From NCBI GenBank assembly GCA_913045935.1, contig CAJWSY010000003.1:979-64978 (forward strand): a stretch of 64,000 nucleotides of DNA, written 5' to 3'. The notes under the pieces are model-generated. The model was not told where the DNA came from and did no database searches. It worked only from the letters and a program-made list of their open reading frames with translations. Shown piece by piece: positions 8,853 to 19,257 of this stretch (the first letter of the stretch is position 1; the number at the start of each line of letters is the position of its first letter). This DNA is from an uncultured Chloroflexota bacterium (GTDB lineage: Bacteria > Chloroflexota > Dehalococcoidia > Lucifugimonadales > GCA-002694895). Made by a program: the position numbers and the translations under genes.

Positions 8853-10460
8853 ATGACTCATGGAATAATCACAGCACCACAACCAGAAGCAGTTGAAACT
8901 GGAGCTCTAGTATTACAAGCTGGAGGAAATGCAGTTGATGCTGCTATTTCTAGTGCGCTTGTTCAAACTGTAGTAGATCCTATGATGTGCGGAATTGCAG
9001 GATTTGGTTCGTTGCAATTATATTTACCAGATAAAAATTTTCATGGATTTATAGATTTTCATACAACAGCGCCTTCTTCTGTGAGTGAAAGTATGTGGGA
9101 AAACCAAATTTCACATGAAGCTAGAGATGGATTTGGTTTTATTTTAAAAAACAGAGCAAATGAAGTTGGTTATGAATCAATAATGACACCAGGTACTTTG
9201 AAAGGATTTTATGAAGCAATAAAAGAGTACGGAACTATGCCTTGGGACAAAATTATTCAACCAGCAATAGATTTTGCTTCGGAAGGATTTTCGATTAGTC
9301 CTGCTATTGATGAATTTTGGGATAGATCTGCTGGTCATGGAAGAATTTCTATGGATGAGAAACTTAGATTAAACCAAAATGCTAGGCGTATATATTTAGA
9401 TGAAAATGGGAATACTTACCCTATCGGAACTCGTATTAAGAATCTAGATATGTTGAATACATTAGAAAAGATCAGAGATCAAGGTATCGAATCTTTTTAC
9501 TCAGGTGAAATAGCAAACAAGATAGTTAAGGATATGAAAGTACACAAAGGATTTTTATCTTTAAAGGATTTAGAAGATTATAAAACAATTCGAAATGAAC
9601 CACTTTGGGGTGAGTACAAAGATATGAAAGTTGCAACTAATCAACCTCCAGGTGGAGGAATTATGGTTATCCAAATGCTTAATATTTTAAATAACTTTGA
9701 TTTACGATCCATGGGACATAATAGCCCTGAATATATTGCTACTGTTTCTGAAGCAATGAAATATGCAACAATCGATAAAGACGCAAAAGTTGGAGACCCT
9801 GATTATCTAGATGTTCCAATTACACAGTTAACAGACCCTCTATATGCACGAGAAATTGCAGATTTAATTAAAAATGGTGTTAGAGCAGATGTGATTAGGT
9901 ATGGTGATTCAAAAGAGTCTGAAGATACTACACATATAGCTGTAATGGATGAATTAGGGAATACTGCTTCAATGACACATTCTTTAGGAATGCCTTCAGG
10001 TGTAATTACAAATGAATTAGGTTTTATGTATAACGGATGTATGAGCGTATTTGATCCCAGGTCAGGCAGAACAGGATCGATAAAGCCGGGTAAAAGAAGA
10101 TTTACCGGAATGAGTCCAACAATAATTTTCAAGGATGACAAACCCCATGTGGTAGTTGGAGCTCCGGGTGGTACATATATAACTATGGGAGTGTTGCAAT
10201 CAATACTAAATGTTGTTGAGTTTGATATGAATATGCAAGAAGCTGTTTCTGCTCCACGTTTTACTGCAAACAGTAATGCTATTGATGTTACAAACCGTAT
10301 TCCTAGATTCGTAACTAAAGAATTAGAAAATAAAGGTTATGAAGTAATTCGAAATCCATTTAGTTATGGTTTTGCAGGAGTTCATGGAATCAGGATAAAA
10401 AATGGTATTTGGGATGGAGGGGCTGATCCAGGTAGAGATGGTATGGTATTGTATATATAG
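8853..10460 (+). CDS. ggt: Gamma-glutamyltransferase (copy 1)
   Basis: 535 aa. The Ntn autoprocessing threonine sits in the context SEDTTHIAVMD. PGGGI and the C-terminal GGADPGRDG are present. Confidence 0.9.
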   Translation: MTHGIITAPQPEAVETGALVLQAGGNAVDAAISSALVQTVVDPMMCGIAGFGSLQLYLPDKNFHGFIDFHTTAPSSVSESMWENQISHEARDGFGFILKNRANEVGYESIMTPGTLKGFYEAIKEYGTMPWDKIIQPAIDFASEGFSISPAIDEFWDRSAGHGRISMDEKLRLNQNARRIYLDENGNTYPIGTRIKNLDMLNTLEKIRDQGIESFYSGEIANKIVKDMKVHKGFLSLKDLEDYKTIRNEPLWGEYKDMKVATNQPPGGGIMVIQMLNILNNFDLRSMGHNSPEYIATVSEAMKYATIDKDAKVGDPDYLDVPITQLTDPLYAREIADLIKNGVRADVIRYGDSKESEDTTHIAVMDELGNTASMTHSLGMPSGVITNELGFMYNGCMSVFDPRSGRTGSIKPGKRRFTGMSPTIIFKDDKPHVVVGAPGGTYITMGVLQSILNVVEFDMNMQEAVSAPRFTANSNAIDVTNRIPRFVTKELENKGYEVIRNPFSYGFAGVHGIRIKNGIWDGGADPGRDGMVLYI

Positions 10461-10483
10461 TTTTATTTGTAGGAGGATAAAAA

Positions 10484-11809
10484 ATGAGTATAGAAGATAT
10501 TAAGAAAAAAGTAGAATCTAATATAGATAGTAACGCTGAAGATTTGATTGGAATTGCAAAAGATATACTTGATATGCCAGAGCCTGGATATAGAGAATTT
10601 AAAACTTCAAAGTATACAGAAAAACAATTTAACAAATATGGATTTTCAAATATTGAAAAAGTATCAATGACTGGTTTGAAAGCTGTTATCGATACAGGAA
10701 GGGCTGGTCCTACTGTATGTGTGATGGGAGAACTTGATTCCTTAGTTGTTTTAGGTCACCCGCATGCTGATGAAGAAACAAATGCAGCTCATGCATGTGG
10801 GCACCATTGTCAAATTGCTCAAATGATAGCGGTTGGACAAAGCTTGAATGACCCTGAAGTACTACAAGGATTATCAGGTAAGATAGTACTTGTTGCTGTT
10901 CCAGCTGAAGAAAATATTGAAGTTGAATACAGGAAAACTTTAAGAGAGGAAGGTAAGATAGAATTTTTGTTGGGGAAACAAGAATTTGTAAAACTTGGTG
11001 CATTAGATGGAGTTGACATAGCTATGATGACTCATACTTCTAATTTTGACGGAGAAAAAATTCTTGGTGCAGGTGGAACCAATAATGGGACAGTATCAAA
11101 GAGTATAAAATTCATAGGAAAAGCATCGCACGCTGGAGGAGCTCCCCATAATGGGATAAATGCATTAAATGCAGCGAATCTTGCTATGGCAGGGATACAT
11201 TTTCAAAGAGAAACTTTCCAAGAAAAAGATAGCATAAGAATTCATCCGATTATCACTCAAGGTGGAGCTGCAGTAAGCTCAGTTCCTGCTGATGTAAGGA
11301 TGGAAACTTACGTAAGAGGAAGTACAATTGAAGGTTTTTTAGATGCAAGTGAAAAAGTGGATCGAGCACTTAGAGGTGGAGCAATGGCCATAGGAGCTGA
11401 AGTGGAAATAACAACGCTTCCAGGATACCTACCCATTAATAATGATAAAAATCTTACTGAAATGTATAAAATAAATGCGTCCGATCTAATTGGAGAGGAT
11501 AAAGTAGGCCAAGCTGGACATTCAGGTGGATCAACTGACATGGGTGATATATCACAATTAATGCCTACTATTCATCCTTATGTTCATTCAGCATCAGGAG
11601 ATGGTCATGGAATTGATTATGTTGTGGAAGATTATAATTCAGCTGTAATTACAGCTGCCAAAGCTATGGCTTTAACTGTAGTAGATTTATTACATGGTAA
11701 CGCAGAAAAAGGTAAAGAAATTGTAGATAAATTTGAACCATTATTAACAAAAGATGCATATCTGAAATTGTTAAGGTCTATGTATAGACAAGAAAAATTT
11801 AAAGCTTAA
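10484..11809 (+). CDS. M20-family metallo-amidohydrolase/peptidase
   Basis: 441 aa. The metal-ligand text AHACGHH and GGAPHNGINALNAA are present. It starts 23 nt after ggt. Confidence 0.7.
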   Translation: MSIEDIKKKVESNIDSNAEDLIGIAKDILDMPEPGYREFKTSKYTEKQFNKYGFSNIEKVSMTGLKAVIDTGRAGPTVCVMGELDSLVVLGHPHADEETNAAHACGHHCQIAQMIAVGQSLNDPEVLQGLSGKIVLVAVPAEENIEVEYRKTLREEGKIEFLLGKQEFVKLGALDGVDIAMMTHTSNFDGEKILGAGGTNNGTVSKSIKFIGKASHAGGAPHNGINALNAANLAMAGIHFQRETFQEKDSIRIHPIITQGGAAVSSVPADVRMETYVRGSTIEGFLDASEKVDRALRGGAMAIGAEVEITTLPGYLPINNDKNLTEMYKINASDLIGEDKVGQAGHSGGSTDMGDISQLMPTIHPYVHSASGDGHGIDYVVEDYNSAVITAAKAMALTVVDLLHGNAEKGKEIVDKFEPLLTKDAYLKLLRSMYRQEKFKA

Positions 11810-11912
11810 AAAAAAATAATTTTTTTATGTTATAAATATATTCTTTTTTGAAGGTAATATGATATACTTCTACCCTTATCTGAAGTTTGATTAATGAATT
11901 TTTTTTCATACA

Positions 11913-13121
11913 ATGTTCGAAATTATAGAAAATGGAAATGTAACTACTCCCAAAGGCTTTATAGCTGGTGGGACAAATGTTGGTATAAAAACAGATGTTG
12001 AGGAATTAGATTTAGGAATTTTATGGTCTGAATTACCAGACACAACATGCTCTGGTGTATTTACAAGTAATTCTGTTGTTTCTCCCTCTGTTACAGCATC
12101 TAAAACTAATTTATCCAAAAAGAAAATTAGAGGTGTTGTTGCAAATAGTGGATGTGCAAATTGTTCTGTAGGAGAACAAGGATTGATTGACGCTATAGAT
12201 GTCATGAAATTATCATCAGATTTTTTAAATTCTAATCCAGAAAATTTGGCAATATGTAGTACTGGAATTATTGGTGAAGAATTACCAATGGCTTTGATAA
12301 GAAAAAATATATCTAAATTAAATTTATCTCAAACAGGCGGAAACGATTTTGCTAAATCTATACTTACTACAGATACAAAAACCAAAGAAATTGCAGTAAG
12401 TGTAAATTTAAATGGTGAGCAAATTTTAATAGGAGGATGTGCTAAAGGAGTTGGGATGATTCATCCAAATATGGCAACCATGCTAGCCTTTATTACAACC
12501 GATGTATCAATAGATCAAAAACTTCAAGATGATTTACTAAAAAATGTTGTGAATAATACTTTCAATCAAATAAGTGTAGATGGAGATCAGTCAACAAATG
12601 ATACAGTGTTATTTTTTGCTAGCGGCGCTTCGAATACGAATATTACTGATATTTCTTCAGATGATCATGCTAATTTTATGGAAGCATTTGAGTATGTATG
12701 TGAGTATTTAGCAAAAGAACTTGTTTCTGATGGTGAGGGCTCAAATCATGTTATTGAATGTGAAATTAGTGGAGCATTAAGTAATGAAGAAGCAAAAATG
12801 GCTTCAAGAAATGTAGTTAGCTCATCTCTGATAAAAGCTATGGTTCACGGGAGAGACCCAAATTGGGGTAGGGTTATGATGGCTTTGGGTAAAAGTGAAA
12901 TAAAACTTGAAGAAAATAAAATTGATATTTATATAAATGATATCCATATTGCTCATGAAGGTAAAGCTATCCCTTTTTCAAAAGAATCTGTAATTACATC
13001 TATGAATGAAAAAGAAATCAAAATTAAAATAGAACTAAATTTAGGAAATCATACAGGAATTGCATGGGGATGCGATTTAACAGAAGAGTATGTCATATTT
13101 AATTCAGCATATAGTACGTGA
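11913..13121 (+). CDS. argJ: Bifunctional glutamate N-acetyltransferase / amino-acid acetyltransferase
   Basis: 402 aa. It carries GCAKGVGMIHPNMATMLAFITTD, including the self-cleavage A|T site. Confidence 0.95.
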   Translation: MFEIIENGNVTTPKGFIAGGTNVGIKTDVEELDLGILWSELPDTTCSGVFTSNSVVSPSVTASKTNLSKKKIRGVVANSGCANCSVGEQGLIDAIDVMKLSSDFLNSNPENLAICSTGIIGEELPMALIRKNISKLNLSQTGGNDFAKSILTTDTKTKEIAVSVNLNGEQILIGGCAKGVGMIHPNMATMLAFITTDVSIDQKLQDDLLKNVVNNTFNQISVDGDQSTNDTVLFFASGASNTNITDISSDDHANFMEAFEYVCEYLAKELVSDGEGSNHVIECEISGALSNEEAKMASRNVVSSSLIKAMVHGRDPNWGRVMMALGKSEIKLEENKIDIYINDIHIAHEGKAIPFSKESVITSMNEKEIKIKIELNLGNHTGIAWGCDLTEEYVIFNSAYST

Positions 13122-14019
13122 TGTTATGTTAAATGATAAACCTTCAAACCAAGATTTAAATGATATCCAATCTAATAAGATTGATAAAGAAAAACTGATA
13201 TCTAAAAAAGATAATAACCCATTAGATTCATATCTTTTAGAAAAAACTATAGTGGTAAAAGTTGGGGGCAGTACATTGAGTTTTGAGGATACTACTTTGA
13301 GTGATGTTGTCAGACTTAAATCACAAGGATATTTCCCTGTGATTGTACATGGCGGTGGAGCAGACATATCAGATTGGATGAAAAAAATTGGCAAAAGACC
13401 AAAATTTATGGATGGAAGAAGAGTCACGGATAAAGAAACGTTAAATATAGTAATTTCTGTTTTGGCTGGAAAAGTAAATACAGAAATGGTTAATCAAATA
13501 AACATATTAGGAGGCAAAGCAATTGGTTTAAGTGGTGTTGACGATGGATTAGTTACTGCTAAAATGCAGAATCCTAATTGGGGATATGTTGGTGAAGTCG
13601 ACAAAGTTAAAAGTAAATCTATTTTTGAGTTGGTAAAATTAGGATATATTCCAGTAATTGCACCTTTGTGTTTAAATTCCAAACCTCAGTCGGACGATCA
13701 AATATTAAATGTAAATGCCGATAGTGTTGCAGGGGAGATTGCTAGATCAATTAAAGCAAATAAACTAATATTTATTACTGATGTTCCTGGAGTTTTGGAT
13801 ATTTCTAGAAGAGTAATGCCTAAACTAGTTTCCACACAGGTTAAAAAATTGGTAAAAAACTCTTTCATCTCAGGAGGCATGATTCCTAAATTAGAAGCAT
13901 GTTTAAATTCTGTAACTAATGTTAAGGAAGCCCATATTATAGATGGAAGAAAATCAGGAGCATTGTTTTCTGTAGTAACAAAAAAGGGATTTAATAAAGG
14001 AACAATAATAGTTAAATAG
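13090..14019 (+). CDS. argB: Acetylglutamate kinase
   Basis: Motifs are VVKVGGS, VIVHGGG and NVNADSVAG. The listed start overlaps argJ by 32 nt. An in-frame ATG at 13126, 4 nt after the argJ stop, is an alternative start. Confidence 0.9.
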   Translation: MSYLIQHIVRDVMLNDKPSNQDLNDIQSNKIDKEKLISKKDNNPLDSYLLEKTIVVKVGGSTLSFEDTTLSDVVRLKSQGYFPVIVHGGGADISDWMKKIGKRPKFMDGRRVTDKETLNIVISVLAGKVNTEMVNQINILGGKAIGLSGVDDGLVTAKMQNPNWGYVGEVDKVKSKSIFELVKLGYIPVIAPLCLNSKPQSDDQILNVNADSVAGEIARSIKANKLIFITDVPGVLDISRRVMPKLVSTQVKKLVKNSFISGGMIPKLEACLNSVTNVKEAHIIDGRKSGALFSVVTKKGFNKGTIIVK

Positions 14020-14027
14020 GAGATGAA

Positions 14028-16766
14028 GTGAATAATAATACTGAAAATTTACAAATACCCGATGCAATGAAAAATTTTTCAATCAAGTATATATTGATAA
14101 TAATTTTATCTCTTGTTGGTTTGATATTTGTAGCAAATATATTTAAAAACATTTATACCGAATATTTGTGGTTTACTCATCTTAGTTATGAGGATATTTA
14201 TTTTAAAATTTTAAGAACAAAAATCTATTTATTTCTAGGTGCGTTCTTTGTTTCGTTATTATTTTTATCTGTTAGCACATATTTTGCATTCAAGAATTCT
14301 TGGAAAGGTGTTCAATTTGATTTACCTGAACCTTTTAATTTACTTGGACCAAAATTATATAAATCAATAATAGTGTTACTCGTTATATTAACGAGTGTTG
14401 TTCTTGGATTAACTACTTCTTATAATTGGGAACTATTTTTAAGATTTTTTAATTCTTCTACTTTTGCAATAAATGACCCTATTTTTAATCGAGATATATC
14501 ATTTTATATTTTTGATTTTCCAATTTTCACTTTTATTCAAAAAGGATTATTAATTATCTCGATTTTATCAATGATATATAGTTTGGCAATTATATTTATA
14601 AATTCTGTTTTTGCTGGATTAGAATTTAGTGAAAATACGATAATGAAAAAACAAATGATAATAAATTTTTCTATCATTTTATTATTGTTTAGTATAGGTA
14701 TTCTTTTTTCGAGATGGAATATTCTTTTTTCTGAAACAGGAGTTGTATATGGAGCTGGCTACACTGATGCAAATATTAAAATGAATACTTTGTTTTTCAT
14801 GTCATTTCTAGGATTTATTTTATCTGTATTAGTGTTGTTTTCTCTTAAATATTCTTTAACCAGATTTGTGTATATACCTACTGTAGCTTGGGTGGTTTTA
14901 TATATTATATCAGTAGTTATTTGGCCTTCTGTAACACAAAGATTATCTGTAACTCCAAATGAATATGTTAAAGAAAAACAATATATTTCTAATAATATTG
15001 ATTTAACAAGAAAAGCATACAAATTAGATTTAATTGAAGAAAGTTATTTCCCCGCAAGCTCTAAAATACCAGAATCTATTTTGACTCAAAATAATCAGAC
15101 TTTAAATAATATAAGATTATGGGACTACAAGCCACTAAAAGATGTTTATACTCAAACGCAGCTGATTAGGCCTTATTACGATTTTAAAGATGTGGATGTA
15201 GATAGATATACTATAGATGGAGAGTACAGACAAGTTATGTTGGCTTTAAGAGAAGTCGCACCTGAAAAATTGGACGAAAACAAACAAACTTGGGTAAATA
15301 CATTTTTACAATATACTCACGGTTATGGTTTAACTATGAGCCCTGTTAATTCATTTGACTCTCAAGGGAAACCGTATTTTTTCTCAAAAGATATACCTTC
15401 GGATGGAATAATAAATGTTAAGTCTATGGATGGTAATATACAAAAAGATTTGTCTGTTGAAAATCCAAGAATATATTACGGTGAATCATCATCTCCTTAC
15501 GTGATAGTAAACACTAAAACCATGGAGGTTGATTACCAAGAAAAAGGCAAAGATGGAAAAGAAGGAGTACTCAGAAGACATAATTATGCTGGGTCGGGTG
15601 GTGTTACTCTTGATAGCGTGATAAAAAGAATTTTTTATGCTTGGAAATTTAGAGACATAAATATATTCATTAGTGGAGAAATTACTAGTGAAAGCAAAAT
15701 TCAATATCAAAGAAATATATTAGAGAGAGTTAAAAAATTAGTTCCGTACTTAGAATTGGATTCTGACCCTTATGTAGTTATAACTGATGGAAAATTAAAA
15801 TGGATACAAGATGCATATACAGTATCTGCGAATTACCCTTACTCTGAGCCATCAAATAACGGCTATAATTATTGGAGAAATAGTGTTAAAGCTGTTATAG
15901 ACGCTTATGATGGCACTGTTGAATTTTACATATCAGATAACTCAGACCCTTTGATTGATACCTACTCTAAAATATTTCCTAATGTATTCAAACCAATAAG
16001 TGATATGCCTTCTGATCTTAAAGATCATATAAGATATCCAATTGATTTGTTTAAAGTGCAATCAGAAAAGTATTTAGAATATCATATGCAAGATTCCCAA
16101 ATATTTTATAACAATGAGGACCTATGGAATATTCCAAGAGAAAAATTTGGACAATCAGGCGAGTTACAAAATGTGGAGCCTTACTATATTGTTATGAATT
16201 TACCAGGAAATGACGATTCTGAGTTTGTACTTATCAGGCCATTTACTCCTAATCAAAGAAAAAACTTGATTGGCTGGCTAGCAGGAAGGAGTGATGGAGA
16301 TCAATATGGTAAATTAATTGCTTATAATTTTCCTAAGGATCTTACTATTTACGGTACCGAACAAATAGAAGCTAGAATGGATAATGATCCTATTATTTCC
16401 GAATGGTTTACATTAAGATGTCAAGAAGGATCTTTTTGTATAAGAGGGAATCTTTTAGTTGTACCAATAGGTGATACTATATTGTATGCCGAGCCTATTT
16501 ACTTGCAAGCTGAAGGTGTAGATTTACCGGAATTAAAAAAAGTTGTATTAGCTTCTGCTGATCATGTGATAATGGCCGATTCAGTAAAAGAGGGAGTATC
16601 GATATTACTTGAAAAACAAGCTGGTATTTATAATCAAAATGATAAAGTTTTAGAAGACAAAGAAACTAAACAAGAAAGTATTGATGATGATTTGGATGAG
16701 AAAATAGAAAAATTACTTGAAGAAATTCAAAATATTTTAAATGAAGTAAGAAAAGCAAACAAATAA
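14028..16766 (+). CDS. UPF0182-family large membrane protein (function unknown)
   Basis: 912 aa with a GTG start. The N-terminal third has about 7 hydrophobic helices and is followed by a large soluble region. RLWDYKPL, PYYDFKDVDVDRY and LQYTHGYG are recalled as characteristic of UPF0182. Confidence 0.75.
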   Translation: MNNNTENLQIPDAMKNFSIKYILIIILSLVGLIFVANIFKNIYTEYLWFTHLSYEDIYFKILRTKIYLFLGAFFVSLLFLSVSTYFAFKNSWKGVQFDLPEPFNLLGPKLYKSIIVLLVILTSVVLGLTTSYNWELFLRFFNSSTFAINDPIFNRDISFYIFDFPIFTFIQKGLLIISILSMIYSLAIIFINSVFAGLEFSENTIMKKQMIINFSIILLLFSIGILFSRWNILFSETGVVYGAGYTDANIKMNTLFFMSFLGFILSVLVLFSLKYSLTRFVYIPTVAWVVLYIISVVIWPSVTQRLSVTPNEYVKEKQYISNNIDLTRKAYKLDLIEESYFPASSKIPESILTQNNQTLNNIRLWDYKPLKDVYTQTQLIRPYYDFKDVDVDRYTIDGEYRQVMLALREVAPEKLDENKQTWVNTFLQYTHGYGLTMSPVNSFDSQGKPYFFSKDIPSDGIINVKSMDGNIQKDLSVENPRIYYGESSSPYVIVNTKTMEVDYQEKGKDGKEGVLRRHNYAGSGGVTLDSVIKRIFYAWKFRDINIFISGEITSESKIQYQRNILERVKKLVPYLELDSDPYVVITDGKLKWIQDAYTVSANYPYSEPSNNGYNYWRNSVKAVIDAYDGTVEFYISDNSDPLIDTYSKIFPNVFKPISDMPSDLKDHIRYPIDLFKVQSEKYLEYHMQDSQIFYNNEDLWNIPREKFGQSGELQNVEPYYIVMNLPGNDDSEFVLIRPFTPNQRKNLIGWLAGRSDGDQYGKLIAYNFPKDLTIYGTEQIEARMDNDPIISEWFTLRCQEGSFCIRGNLLVVPIGDTILYAEPIYLQAEGVDLPELKKVVLASADHVIMADSVKEGVSILLEKQAGIYNQNDKVLEDKETKQESIDDDLDEKIEKLLEEIQNILNEVRKANK

Positions 16767-16785
16767 TTAATTAAAAGGAATAGTT

Positions 16786-17982
16786 ATGGATGAGCAAAAT
16801 TGGAAAGATATGGAATCAAAATATTATATGCATGCGGCAAATAGATACCCAATGGTAATTGAAAGAGGAGAGGGTACTAAATTATGGGATGTAAATGGTA
16901 ATGAATATTTAGATTTTACTTCTGGGTGGGCAGTTAATAATATAGGTCATTCTAATTCAGTTGTCGCAGATGCTATCGAAAAACAATCAAAGACTTTACT
17001 TCAGACATCAAATGTTTTCTACACCATACCTCAACTTAGACTAGCAGAAATATTAATTGAAAACAGTGTTTTGGATAAAATTTTTATTTGTAATAGTGGT
17101 GCTGAGGCAAATGAAGGTGCAATTAAATTAGCTAGAAAATGGGGGAGGCAAAATAAAAATGGAGCTAATAAAATTTTAACTGCTTTTGATTCTTTTCACG
17201 GAAGAACTATTTCTACACTTGCCGCCACAGGGCAACCAAAATATCATGAAACTTTTATGCCAGTAACAGAAGGATTTGATTATTTTGAATTAAATAATAT
17301 TGATTCATTGAAATCTAAAATTGATGATAATACGGTAGGTATAATGATAGAAGTTGTTCAAGGAGAAGGTGGCGTTAACATTTGTTCTCAAGAATTTGTC
17401 CAAAATGTTCGAAAAATCTGTGATGATAAAAACATAATAATGATTATAGATGAAGTTCAAACAGGTATAGGAAGATTAGGCTCATTTTATGGATATGAAA
17501 AATTTGGAGTTGAACCAGACGTTATAACTCTAGCAAAAGGACTAGGAGCAGGTGTTCCTATTGGGGCTATACTAGCAAAAACTGAATATTCTGTTTTTGT
17601 ACCAGGCGATCATGGATCAACTTTTGGTGGAAATGCTTTAACATCTGCAGCAGCATATGCTTCGAGTAAATTTATTTTAGAAAATGATATTCCTAATAAT
17701 GTTAATCAATTGGGATCGTATTTTTTGAGCAAATTAAACGAATTAACTAGTAAGTTTGAAATAATATCTGAAATCAGAGGTATGGGGTTATTAATTGCAA
17801 TTGAATTTAGCTCAGATATAGCTGCAGATTTGATTAATGAATGTAATAGAAATGGATTGTTAGTTAATGCAGTAAGACCTAATGCAATAAGATTTATGCC
17901 TCCACTTACAGTATCTGAAGAGGAAATATCTGAGGCAATGGTTAAGTTTACATCAGCAATAGAATCTGTTTTAAGAAAATAA
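16786..17982 (+). CDS. argD: Acetylornithine aminotransferase
   Basis: 398 aa, class III aminotransferase. Motifs are NSGAEANEGAIKLAR and DEVQTGIGRLG. It sits in an arg gene context. Confidence 0.9.
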   Translation: MDEQNWKDMESKYYMHAANRYPMVIERGEGTKLWDVNGNEYLDFTSGWAVNNIGHSNSVVADAIEKQSKTLLQTSNVFYTIPQLRLAEILIENSVLDKIFICNSGAEANEGAIKLARKWGRQNKNGANKILTAFDSFHGRTISTLAATGQPKYHETFMPVTEGFDYFELNNIDSLKSKIDDNTVGIMIEVVQGEGGVNICSQEFVQNVRKICDDKNIIMIIDEVQTGIGRLGSFYGYEKFGVEPDVITLAKGLGAGVPIGAILAKTEYSVFVPGDHGSTFGGNALTSAAAYASSKFILENDIPNNVNQLGSYFLSKLNELTSKFEIISEIRGMGLLIAIEFSSDIAADLINECNRNGLLVNAVRPNAIRFMPPLTVSEEEISEAMVKFTSAIESVLRK

Positions 17983-19247
17983 TGAATTATAAAGAGCTTT
18001 TAAATAGTAAAAAAACAAATTTGGTAGGGGCTGTTTCTGGAGGTTTAGATAGTTGCACAATAACTTCTTGGCTAAAAGAAAAAGGATTTAACTTAAAATG
18101 TTTAACTGTTGATTTAGGTCAACCAGATGAAGAAAATATTGAAGCTGTTGCTGATAGAATGAAAGCATGTGGTGCTACTGAAGCTTTGATAGTAAATGGA
18201 CTAGATAAGCTAGCACAATTTGGATTGAAAGTTATTCAATCTCAAGCTAAATACGAGGGTGGATATTGGAATACAACTGGGATTGCAAGACCAGTCACAG
18301 TTGCTTGTATGCTAGATCATTTCAAGTCATTTGATTCGTCTTATTTATTTCATGGAGCGACCGGACGTGGCAATGATCAAGTAAGATTTGAATTGGCAAC
18401 CAAAATGTTAAATCCTGATATAAATGTTTATGCCCCATGGAGAGATCATTATTTTTTATCAGACTTTCCAGGTAGAGCGGAAATGATTGATTATTGTGAA
18501 TTGAAAAAATTACCAATCAAACCAAAATCCGAGTCAAGATATTCAACTGATGCTAATCTTTTAGGACTAACTCATGAAGCAGGTGATTTAGAAGATATTG
18601 AACAATCTCCTTATGATTTTGTAGAACCTGGCATGGGCAAATGGCCTTGGGATACAAAACTCAAACAAGAAATTATTTCTATTACCTGGGAAAATGGTAC
18701 TCCAACTCATATCAACGGAGAATCATATTCATTGGTTAATATTTTTAAAATGTTAAATGAAATAGGTGGGAATCATGGTATAGGAATAGGTATTCATGCT
18801 GTTGAAAATAGATTTTTAGGAATAAAGTCAAGAGGGATATATGAATCTCCATCTATGGAATTGTTAGGAGAGTGTTATGAATTTTTATTGCAATTAGTTT
18901 TAGACAGAAGAATGAGAAATTATTTTGATGAATTGTCTTCTACGATATCTAGACAAATATATGAAGGTTTTTGGTTTGATACAACTACCAATATAGCACT
19001 GAGTAGTTTGTCTAAAATTTCAAATATGATTTCTGGGACGGTAGTTCTTCGATTATTTAGAGGAAAAGTTTATTTTGAAAAAATAGATGATTTAAGTAAT
19101 GTTGATAAATCTTTATATACTGATGATTCGTCAATGGAAAATTTAGGTGAATTTAATCATGAAGATTCACAAGGGTTTTTAAATATTTTAGGTCTTAATG
19201 CTAAAAATCTTGGCATTAAACATAACTCAAATAATATCACAGATTGA
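17982..19247 (+). CDS. argG: Argininosuccinate synthase
   Basis: 421 aa. The PP-loop reads AVSGGLDSCT, and HGATGRGNDQVRFE is present. Confidence 0.9.
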   Translation: MNYKELLNSKKTNLVGAVSGGLDSCTITSWLKEKGFNLKCLTVDLGQPDEENIEAVADRMKACGATEALIVNGLDKLAQFGLKVIQSQAKYEGGYWNTTGIARPVTVACMLDHFKSFDSSYLFHGATGRGNDQVRFELATKMLNPDINVYAPWRDHYFLSDFPGRAEMIDYCELKKLPIKPKSESRYSTDANLLGLTHEAGDLEDIEQSPYDFVEPGMGKWPWDTKLKQEIISITWENGTPTHINGESYSLVNIFKMLNEIGGNHGIGIGIHAVENRFLGIKSRGIYESPSMELLGECYEFLLQLVLDRRMRNYFDELSSTISRQIYEGFWFDTTTNIALSSLSKISNMISGTVVLRLFRGKVYFEKIDDLSNVDKSLYTDDSSMENLGEFNHEDSQGFLNILGLNAKNLGIKHNSNNITD

Positions 19248-19257
19248 TTAAATTTTT

